From Catajapyx aquilonaris (Eukaryota), in the NCBI GenBank assembly GCA_000934665.2, contig KZ538898.1:1-42305 (forward strand): 42,305 nt of DNA, read 5' to 3'. Below, piece by piece: positions 14,601-26,600 of the stretch. Both the position numbers and the translations under genes were made by a program. The stretch's first letter is position 1; every line of letters starts with the position of its first letter. The notes beneath the pieces were generated by a model. That model had not been told where the DNA came from. It saw only the letters and a program-made list of their open reading frames with translations, and searched no databases.

Positions 14601-17600
14601 GCGAGAACGAGAAACATCTCGAAACCAGTTGGTCCGTGGATTCAATAGTTCGTTCACGCTTTCGCTGGACGTTTCTCGCAAGTGTGAGCGTGAGCGGGAA
14701 ATATCTCGAATCCAATTGGTCCGTGGATTCAATTGCTAATTAGGGCTTATTCACGCTTTTGCTGGACGTTTCTCGCCAGTGTGAGCGTGAGCGGGAAATA
14801 TCTCGAATTCAATTGGTCCGTGGAGTCGTCCGTGGATTCAGTGGACGAACAGGTTCGTTCACGCTTTCACTGGCTGTTTCTCGCAAGCGTGAATGTGCTC
14901 GAGAGCGTGAGAAACCAGTTGGTACGTGGATTCAATAGTTCGTTCACGCTTTCGCTGGACGTTTCTCGCTAGCGTGAGCGTGAGCGAGAAGCCGGTGACT
15001 TCTAGTCAACTTCTTTGCAACTGTTCAGTACTGGAAACAATAGGAAAATCTAAGCCTACAATGAACCAATGTCTCAGGTTATTGGCCCTCCCCAAACATA
15101 GTTATGTACATTCGGCCATTTTTACAACCAGGTTTGGCCTTTGACGAAATGATTGATCGGGACTTACAGGAGCGTGTTAGGTCCACCTCCCACTCCCCCC
15201 CAAACCGCGTGTCGAGGGTCAAATCCGGTAGTCATGCAACTCGCCATGACATCAAGCCATTTGCGATAAAAATCCGGTCTTATTGTTCAAGTGCAACACG
15301 TTTTTTTTTCCGTACCGGTAGTTTGTAGCGATGCGGTACCGGTGAAAAAGGTCCGCAAGATTGGGCTGCATAAGGGCAGGTCATCGTCCGGGGAGGAAGA
15401 GGAAGTGGTGGAGGAAGAAGAAGATGAGGAGGAGGAAGAGTGGGTCATTCCTGAAGACATGCTGACCAATCACAGGCGCTGGAGCACGCCTCCAATGTTT
15501 CCGGGCAACGGCTCGAACGCGACCGGACTGGCCGCCAAAAATGGGGCACACAGGTCAAAGGTCAAACTGCCCATCCTACATATGTCGCCTCTTAGCGTGA
15601 TCAGAAAGATTCGGAACAAGGCTGACACGGAGCAACATCAGGTATTGTTGTCATGCGGGGTCATGTGTCCTTTTTCCTCCGATTGTCTTTCACCTTGCTA
15701 GAGTGCTGTTGTCTGTAGTGATGCACATTAATCGCGTCATACTACTAGCGACACTTATTTCTGTTGCGGCAGAAGTGCAATTGAAGTGGTAGAGTGGGAG
15801 CCGTGCGAGAAAGAAATGGTAGTCCTTGCCAAGGACTACCATTTCTTACTCGCCCGGCTCGCACTTCAATTTGCACTTCTGCCGCAGGGGAAAGTGTCGC
15901 TAGCAGTATGACGGAATATATGTGCAGCACTGTACTTATTGCAATATTCGCAACAGGAGGAAGCCATGTTGGGTCCATCAGTCAAACTCCGTCCTCCATG
16001 GTCGATGAGCGATCCTTTAGCAACAATCCCTCAAAGAAGCATTCCTTCAGCACATCCAGGTAAAGTACCTCTAATTACACTTCCCAGCCATAGTCTCAAG
16101 GCTACCCTCATCTGAGGTCATTACTTTATTGGCCCGATCTAATAATATTACGGATCACCCATAATGACCCAGGGGATGTGGCAGTTGCAAGGCGAAATTC
16201 CCTTTTGACCATGGTTCCTAAGCATGCAACTTATCCATCGTCACCAGCCATTTTACCTCAATTACGCAATCCTTGCTCCACTTTTTCAATTAACGATTAC
16301 CATCAAATAAATCTATTACATCCAATGTTACAGCCGCTTGAATAGTAACAATCTGTATAGAAATACGCCTGAAAGTTATACTCCCCGTAATACAAGTGTG
16401 CGGCTGCATAGCTGTCAGGATAACAGTTTTTACGGGCACACTCCGGATGTAGTAGACCTTTTTACGGGCACACTTCGGATGTAGGAGACCAGAGTTCCAC
16501 GCCTCCCTGACGTTATTTTAACGACTTTTAACGTCAATTTCACGTCAAACCATCGCCTCAACGTTACAAGAGTCGTTACACTTCTTGACGTGAAATAGAC
16601 GTTAAAAGTCGTTATAATAACGTCAGGGAGGCGTGAAACTCTGGTCTACTATATCCGAAGTGTGCCCGTAAAAAGGTCCACTATATCCGGACTGTGTCCT
16701 TAAATAAATAACTGTTTCATACAAGATGAAGTGAATGGAAAATTCGGTTACTAATTTTTCCATTCACTTCATCTTGTTATTAATATTGAAGGTCACTGGT
16801 TATTATTATAACAGTGACCTTCAATATTAATAGCTGTTACAAATAATGCAACTAAGCTCTTTGGCCAAAATGGATATTAATTCGCACATTTTTATCAGCA
16901 TACCGACAGATGTACTTGAAGCTACAGAGGGCAGCGGAAAATACGGAAAAAGGTTGGTTTTTTTTTTTGGCAATATTTGTCGTTTGCGTTTCTTTTCCGT
17001 TAACGTGACGTTTGTTTCTTAACAGGTTACGTGCTTCTTCCGAGCAAGCTTTCTCCTGGGTATGTTGCGTCAGCCAATTCCCATCGAATGGTTTCCGGGA
17101 TGACATCAGGACCGCCGTTTACAACAGACGGAGTTGGATGGGGGCCATCTTTCTATGCGACACAACGAGGTAATAATATAAATAGTATGCTCCAACAATT
17201 GGACTGTCCGGATTGGTAATCATGGTGACCATTCAATTGTTGATAATAGGCCAATAATTGTTCCTGAAAAGGAACGGCAATTTTTTTCCGTCGTGGCAGT
17301 ACACAATGTTCGTGGCCGGATTACGAAAGCTGTCGACCACTTAAATCTACTGTTAGTAACCGCCACCCGAACACACCCAACGTTTATAGTTGCATCAAAA
17401 CAAAAATTTTATTATTGAAAGTAAGTTAAAATGTTAGATTCTATCAGTTAAACTCGTTTTTAGTCACATACTATTATGCGATTCACGAGTCCTGGCCTGT
17501 TANNNNNNNNNNNNNNNNNNNNNNNNNNNNNNNNNNNNNNNNNNNNNNNNNNNNNNNNNNNNNNNNGGGGGGGGGGGGGGGGGGACAACCAGGCCTGGAA

Positions 17601-20600
17601 ATACGACGATCCACCTATCCCTTGTCGAGACCGAACCCCGCACCAATGCAATGGCGAGAATGGCTACTCGCGAGAATAACGAGCATTCCAGGCCTGATGT
17701 CTTCCGCCGCTGACGTTGGGAGGAGGTGGGTGGAGCCTAACAGGCCAGGACTCGTGAATCGCATAATAGTGAACCCGTTGACAAAATTGGTTTGTCCAGG
17801 GCGAGTCATCGCATGACACCACACACTATTTTCCCTATTTTCCAGCACTGCCTGAGCTGATAGGTGCCGAGAGCAGCATGAGCGTGAACCGAGCCAGTTC
17901 GGCCTGGCAGCCCCGCATTCCGCCATTGGCCATCTTGGCCCCTGGAGAGGAAGTGACGTCAGCCAGCCGGGAAGGAGTGTCCATCCCTGAGGAGCGGGAT
18001 GAATCCGAGACTGGGAGCAGGGAAGACAGAGGACAAGTCCCTAATGACCACTCGCCCACTAGATGGGAGCAGGACTCTCAGGTACTCTCTCGGGCTAAAA
18101 TGTGTTAGTCATATATAGTCAGAGCGGGCAAGCTAACCGGAATTTTAGCTCAGCTAACTTCCGCTAACAGCTAATTCGGTTAGTAAACCATGGGCGGCGC
18201 TAAATTGCTAATGATAAGCAGCTAGAATGATTAGGGGGGTTTCCACTAACCTTTCTAGCTGTTAAGCATTAACGATTTGGTGATGTCCATGGTTTTTCTG
18301 AGCAAGTTAGCTGTTATCGAAAGTTAGCTGTGCCCACCTCTGTATATAGTTGCAGTCCTCTGCGAAGTTTAATTGCCATAAGAAACATTGTGGACAAACA
18401 GCACTGTTTTCATTGGACAGACGGAGAGCTCCAGCACAGGACGTGTACGGAGCAGAGACAGCAACAAGGAGAGGAAAGGAAAGACACGGAGGAAGGTGGT
18501 CGGAAGTGGTCGCAATAAGGACGCGTCTCCAGACGCCACGGACACCAGGCCTAGGAGGAGACATGTAGACAACGGACCGGACATTTCGGTGGCCACAGAC
18601 AACTGGACTCAGACCCCTAATACGGTGAGTAGTATACAAATGGAGCGGTGCACCAGAACCAACAATGGGACAAAGAGCCAATTTGCATAGAAGTTGATTT
18701 TATACCTAGTATCTACCAAGAGCTATAGTAACTTTGATTGTAGAGTAATCAACTAATCCGATTATATATTTAGTGCCAATCTTCCCTGTTTTTGAAACAT
18801 TAATTCATATAATATTACGTTACACTTATTATTACTATGAAGTTTAAACAACATAGAGCCCTAATTTATTAATAGACTATGCGGCGCCTTTGATACCTGA
18901 TTAACTGCATTGTTATTACCCGCGGTTGTAATTATAGCTATATGTTCGCTGTACAGTTTTTAATAATAGTCACTGAAAGAATGACCTTATTTATAGGGTC
19001 GTGACGAGAGGTCGCGAGAGACTGACAGTGGCATAAGTGTCAACAGCAGGGGAAGCGGACACCAGCCAGACGACAGGATACTGGCAATGCACATGTGAGT
19101 ATGCAGTTCCAGGTAGCGTCGCGACGCCTATAGAGCGTCGATCGTCGATTCGCGGCGCCCTCGACAGATGGCGAAGGAGCACTCGCTCTTGTATAGCACT
19201 AGTCTATTAAATGGCACATGATTGACCATGTTTTCCGGAGGGACATACTAGTTGCTGACAGGTCTTCAAGAAATGATTACACAACACCCTGTAAATGATG
19301 CAATTGCTGCAGCGTACGTCTGTCACATTCATGATTTCGCCCATGTTATTGATAGGCTGAACCAAAAACAAACGGAATAAGTCGGGGGGAAATAAAAATA
19401 TTGGCGTAACCTTTGCCCTTTTAAATGTGCAATTGTTGCGTAACCGGATGTCGCCAACTCGACAGCCAAATTGAGCAAAAGCTCGTATCCGGAGTCTGAA
19501 GATGGCTTTTTCCGGTCGTGAAAGAGAGACAACTGTGCGGTCGATACGTTTCATTCATATAGAGAAAACGGCGTCATTGGCTTCTTTCTTTGAAGTAGAG
19601 GAAAAGTCTAGAAGTTTCGTAGAAATCGTGCGATACTACGTCAAAGAAAAACTATAGGTGATAGTTCCGTCACCTGGCTCGAGTGCTGAGCCGTTTGAAC
19701 GAAACATTATTTTGCATATCCTCGTTGTTTTCTCTGAGTCATTTGGATTGGTTGGATTTGTGGTGTGAGACACCCCACATGATTCCCTCCAATCAATTTC
19801 TATAGCCCCCACCTATACAAATCCTATGTGACGCCAACGACGCAAAAGAAACCGGTGATTGGTAGCAGAGAAGCCAAGGTTACAAACCCGTTACTATGGG
19901 CTCTGAGTTTTTTGAAACATTGAGCGCGCCATCTTTTTCGCTCAGTTCGAAGCAGTATCGAGTTTTGAGTGGTCAGTTCCCTCGCAGTCGGCTACTAAGG
20001 GAATGGTCAAGGTCTGTCGATCGCGACTCAATGTTTATATGTTCAGCTGACCATTATCCATTATGCAGCCTGGAGAGTAGTAGTGTCCAGTGGTGGGGGA
20101 TATAGTCAAGGAGGCACGTGAAGTTTCGACCAGTTCGCGAGGATTGGGCTCGGGGTGAGGATCATGTGAGTGGTCACCTGTGGATGACCAAGGAGGGGTC
20201 AAGGTGTTGCGGCCTTATGGGAGGTCGCTCCTCCACCCCGGTCATTGAGCTCAAACCTGACCTGTGGTGAGTATACGGTGCAAATTATTTGAAGATTACC
20301 ACTATCAATATCTGATTAGGAGGGAAAAAATTCGATTGGTTGCAAAATATGGGAATAACAAATCGAATTTTAGCATCGATTTTGGGTCCCGATACCTGAT
20401 TTGACGGCCATTTTTCCCAGAGCAATGAATTAGTCAGTTAGAAAACTTCACAGCCGGTGACTCTCCTTGAAGATTATTTTTTTGAGTAGAGTTCACGCAC
20501 CTGATCGGAATTAGAGGCGGTCGATCTGGTGGTCAGAGATTGGTATCTGCCCTGCCATAATACGCACAGTGTTAACGGGGGTTCAAACGGGCGCCGTTGG

Positions 20601-23600
20601 TCTTTGCATTTGAGTTCGTCCGTCGTCCCTATGTACTGTACGTAGATAGAGAGAGAAAAAAAAACCCGTTGACATATCTAGGTAAAGGTGTGGTTATGTA
20701 TTCCGTCAGACAAGAAAACGAGGTCGATGATGAAAGGTGCTGCCGGATACCACCAAACTCACAGGGAAACTTCGATCGTTTGTATACGTAAGCCGGGGTG
20801 TCAACTTCAAACGATTGCCAGGCAACTTCCGTCGACCAAATGACGTATTACTTGTATGCGTATACACTGCAGTAATAATGATAAAGTGCAAATGTGATGT
20901 ACAGGGTGGTACCATTTGATTAGTAGACGGTTTGTAAGACACAAAAGGAAGATTTTTACCCGTACCCTAACGCCATTGAATTTTTTTCCGGGGCCCCTTT
21001 CGGTTAAGTATATTAATTTCATGCTATTTTCCACGGAACCATTGCTATATGTCGTTGAAGTCTCATAATAATTTATGGAAAGGGGGGGGGGGGTACTGTA
21101 ACCTGTCCAAGGCCGAACGTTATAATAATATTTTACGTCGTCAGTCGTGGGTATATCAATGAAAAGGTAATGTCGCCAGTTATGCAATGCAACCTGTACA
21201 CAGCACAGAAATTGACCTTACTGAACAGGGCTTGTGATGTATCCTATAGAGGCAGTTTTTACCGGGTTTTATTGTAATTACGAGGTGTTTCGAAGGATTA
21301 CTCTCAAGTTTTTCGGTACGCTGATAAAGATCCTGACCCATTCATAATTGAACAAGCGCGAGGCTCGTGCGGTGGTTACTCAGGATTTCCACGCAAAACA
21401 CCCCAGGACCATAAAACTATTACAGCGAACTTGCTATAATGCGATGGTGTACCAAGGCTATTCCAAATTGTCGGTACACGCTAGTACTGGCCCAATTTGT
21501 GGAAAAAGCAGCAGAAAGACGAGACCGTTTCTGCCATTTTTGAACTTACTTTGTAAATGGAGTAACTATTTACCCGCCGGAAGGAGTAAGGTAGCTCAAA
21601 TTAGCCTCCAAGTGAGGAGTGTCCCAAATATGGCGGAAGTCCGTTACCTGCAAGCTCAAGCCTAACGGTCGGCTTTTGCGACACCCCTCACTTGGAGTCT
21701 AATTTGAGCTTCAGGTCTGCTACCTTACTCCTTTCCGCTGGCTGTACCTCAACTAGCCTCTAACCAATCACGTTTTATTTCCAGGAGAGTGAAGGAAGTG
21801 GAGAACGGCATCCTCCAGAAGCCTGTGCTGGCCCGGTCCAACTCCAGCGGGAAGCTGAACGGTCTGCCCTCCCCGATCCCATCCCCTGTCCCTCCAGCAG
21901 CCATGGTCTACGGGCCAGCCTCCCCATCCCCGATGCAGTCCCCTCCGACCCCTCCTTCCTACGCCAAGTCCGAGGAGCCCTCCCCGCCCTCCTTTCGCCT
22001 CGGGGGCGGCCCCGCTTCCAGGAACCACCACCTGGCCAGCGTCCCCATCTCTTCCATGAACCTCCCATACCCTCTCAACCTCCCCATTCCTCATCCGCCC
22101 CCAACCAGGGTCCCCACCGGACCCATACATTACCAGACCCTTCAAAACGACCAGGACTTCCATCCGGACCAGGTACGTTTCAAATGGCCCGCCCTGATAT
22201 CGATATTCCATTTCACGACGTAAATCGATATTCCATTTTAATGTATATCGATATTTCCTATGACAGTATGTATCGATATTTCCTATGACAGTATATCGAT
22301 ATTTCCTGACAATATGTATCGATATTTTATTTCACGATGTGTATGATATTTCCTATGACAGTATATCGATATTTCCTATGACAGTATATCGATATTTCCT
22401 GACAATATGTATCGATATTTTATTTTAATGTGTATCGATATTCCATTTTAATGTGTATCGATATTCCATTTTAATGTATATCGATATTTCCTATGACAAT
22501 ATGTATCGATATTTTATTTCACGATGTGTATCGATATTTCCTGACAATATGTATCGATATTTTATTTCACGATGTGTATCGATATTTTCTGACAATTTGT
22601 ATCGATATTTTATTTCACGATGTGTATCGATATTCCATTTTAATGTGTATCGATATTTTCTCTCACTATGTGTATCGATATTCAATTTCATAATTGTATC
22701 GATATTCCATTTCACGATGTGTATCGATATTTTATGTCACAATACGTATCGATATTCCATTTCCCTAAGTGTATGTCACTATACGTATCGATATTTCAAT
22801 TTACAACGTATCGATATTTCTTGGCGGTGTATCCCGAGAAAACCCGCGCCACCGCACAAAATGAGAAATAACCCGGACCTAGGCCAGAATTTCTCCTCGT
22901 TTGGATGAATCCATATGTCGTGACTGACATCGTGGTCAGCACGTACAAAAATCCCTGGGCTATGGCAACGATGCTCGAGCAGGACGCACGTAAGCTGAAT
23001 GCCTAATGTGCCATTGGGGGCCAATCCATAATGTATTGAGGCACACACACGCGTCGTATGGCCAGTGCTTCCGCGCAATTTTGGGGGGAAACGATATGTG
23101 TCCCTTGAGAGTCGCCTCACCTCTCCGCACACGTGAAGGAATAAAGCACACTGGGGTTGTGATAAGGCTGATAAATGCTGGGGGAATTAATATTAACAGA
23201 GACGGAGTGACGAATGCGGTGGCTTTGATGAAATGGTTTTGATTGATGCGTACGTTGATGTGCGTCACTGATGCCATGGAAATGCAGGGGTTTGTGTGCT
23301 AGAATTTCATGACACAGGGGTTTACATGATATGGCTATCAAGTATACTGTACTGTACAGGGTTCATAAAGAAAAGGCATTACAAGTTAAGCAAAATTCTA
23401 TAAAGGCACAGGTACAGGTTTGCTGTGCCCTACAGTATTTGAACATGCAGTATGCACATTACCATAGCATATGTAAATACATTGTAATTGTTATGCTTGT
23501 TGAGTAGGTTTCTATGGCAATGTAGTTGACTAAAGAAGAAGGTTGTTCATACATGGCTGATTAGGTAATTACTGGTCCTTTTTCGACTCCTTGTCATTTT

Positions 23601-26600
23601 GAGGGTTTTGAATGCGGATTGTACGGTTTCTTTCAGCATGAAGCTGTTTATTTATACACAGGAACATACAAGATGTCTGCCATGTCGAATGTCACCCCGG
23701 GGGTGGATTCATAAATTGTCGTATGGTAAGTCACATTTTTGTCATGACCGGTCGTAACCATAGTTAGTTAATTATTAGCAACTATTGTTATCACCAGTTA
23801 TGATGAAAATTTGACTTACAACATTTGATGAATCCACCCCCTGGTTATTATTTGATGTTGTTATGTTGGGTGATCCGGATAGTTCTATTGTTTTATTACT
23901 TGCTTTATTACAACATGTGTGTGCCATTTTTAGTGCATAATTGGGGTTGACTTGCACAGCTTTCTTCATCACTGACTACTTCGTACAGGGCAAATGTCAT
24001 GATGATAGAGAAAGCTGAAGTCATACACTCATGAACATGTTGCATTCCAAAAGTGAATGCTATTTGGATGTTTAAAGCTACTTTCCCAGGGCTTTAAAGC
24101 GGTCAATAGCTCTTCCCGCAGTTATTGGTCCACTCACATTCACCCCTTCCACAGGCCTCCTCTCCCTTTAAGGCGTATCTTGTGACTTTGAAAACTCAGC
24201 TGACAAAGCCAAAGGACCATGAAATTGCTTGCAGAAATAGAAATAGCCTCAGTTGCCTTTGTTTGGCTCAGAATGGCCCCCATTAATCACAAACCCTATC
24301 AGATAATTTCCCCCCCTCTCCAGCACACTTTCTATTTCGGGATCTTCCACACCCTTCGCCCCTACTTCTCTCCTTTGCACGCCACCTGAACTTTGAATGT
24401 CATTAATTTCCTCTCGTTGATAACACCCCTTCAATTGAGCAGCATGTTTGAACTCTGCTATTGAGTGCGTAGCAGCGGATTATTATTAATGAGCGGATTG
24501 AACCCGAGTAAACTGATCCTACACATTGACGTTGGGAAAAGAAGGGAAGGAGGGTGTCTCAATTACCGATGACTGCTAGGTCTGCTCCCCGTTTGAGTCG
24601 GCTAAATCAGGCTTAGGAAAGTAGAGGCACCTACCCTAATGACATGCACAGCATGGAGTATCTGAAATAAATAATATTAGAAGATGCGACAAATACGTTA
24701 TCAACGTGATCATTACATCTGCAATCCAGATTACATGGCGTACGCCGTACAGTCAACTTGGGCAATCCAGCCAGCCTCAATGTAATTTTTCTCTCCTCAG
24801 GACCAAATTGCAATCATGGAGCGAGAGCGAGTGAAGAACTTGTACATAACTCAGAAAAACCAAACCCTTCGTGAGGTGGAGAGGCGGAAGTTTGAGCGGG
24901 AGAAGAATAAGTACCAGATGGGCAACAACCACGAGGTTCCAGACGTGCACTTGCCACAGGGTTTGCCCCTGGCGCAGTCGCCCCCACCTGTGAAGCACGT
25001 TCCAACCCCACTTCCACCGCCGTCCGGGTTGGGAGGAAGGTCCCGCACCAACGCCTCATTCCGCACCAGCGGCTCGTTCCGGAGCAAGGCGGCAAAGGAC
25101 CCCAGTCCCAATTCCACTGTCAGAAAGCGACCTCCACTGTCCCAGCCAAAAGGTATGCATTGACCCCAACAGTAGCTACTGACATCATGCCAGATAATTC
25201 TTTCTGTAATGTTGCATTTGTCACATTTGTATGCATTATGCGCTTTCTTTTAAAGCAAGGAGGGTATGACTTTTTTTTTACTAATTAACTGCACCTTTTC
25301 CTGCCACAGTGGCGAGGTCATCGTCTGAGGAGCCAATGGTCAACGCAGCCAGACTTTCAAACCGAGCGGAACCTTTCCCGTCGACTCTTCCCCCGTTCCG
25401 GCAGCCCCAGCAGGGCCTGCAGGCGTCCCTCAAGCAGATGGACAGTTCCGACTGGGAAGCCATAGTGGAAGGAGTGCAAGGCGTGGTACGGCTATCCAGG
25501 CACCATCTGGACCTCCTGCTCCCTGAAGTCCACACCGTCTGCATGCGGCTGTTGGACCACGCCAGGAACCTGCGGTCGCAAGTTACAAGGGCATCAGTAC
25601 AGGTGGGTTTGGCACAGAGTTACATGCGGTTACCTCCATTACCTCCACGTCATGTTCCAGGCTCTTGGGGAGCTGTTCGAAGCCCTACCTGGCCGCACCC
25701 TGGATGCAGAGCTGGAGAAAGTGGCATCGTGCCTCCTGCACAAGACCGGAGACACCAACCGGTTCATTCGTGAGGACGCCTTGGTCGCCCTGGAGAAAGT
25801 TCTGGCCTCGGTGGCCCCCCAGCGAGCCCTGGTCGCCCTGGTTCAAGAAGGGGTGTCCCACAGGAACGCGGTGGTCAGATGCACGGCAGCCCGGCTCCTA
25901 GCCCAGTGGGTGGAGAGGCTCGGAGTGGACAAGGCCATAACGGTGTCCCCGGAGAAGCTCTTCCCGGCTGTGGCCCACTTCGTGCAGGAGGGCAGCCTGG
26001 AGACAAGGACCCACGCCAAGCGCATCTACCAGATGCTCATGACCCACCCGGACTTTGACTGGACACTTCACAAGTACACCAATCCCAATGACTTGCGCAA
26101 CATGCACAAGACCTTGGAATCTCTCCGCAGGACGGTGCGCATATAAAAAAAAGAAAAAGTGACTCGTGAGATTTGTGTGATTTTTTTTTAAAAAAAGCAG
26201 AGGGAAAAGGAGTACCAGCTAAAAAGCCACCGTACAAGTACAGTATTACGTGACAAGTGAAAATGCTCTTGAAATGCCGGGTGTCAGTGTGCCCCTGAGG
26301 AGGTAAATCATTTTGATAAGTATTATGTGTGCAGCATTTCCAGGTTCCGGAATATGTTACAAGCGCTTGAACCAATCATTTCTTGCCCCCCATATTTATT
26401 ACTGTTTATACTCACTATTTTTATAGCCGTCGATTATTAGCATTCCTTCGTTGAAGACTGCTAAGAGTAAAATACTGGCGTCAGCCGCGTGGTACTTTTA
26501 AAGAAAGATACCGAACGATCATGATTATGACTGGGAAATTGCAGCCCACTCATTGTGTTTCGCCATTGGTACAATCATTAGTTAAGCATTTGAAGAGTGT

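Noticed and set aside
22453..22908. Overlapping repetitive ORFs (YRYF/IDI) and a superficial CRISPR-like look
   Set aside because: These are translations of a minisatellite. The spacers are related to each other, the context is eukaryotic, and there are no cas genes.
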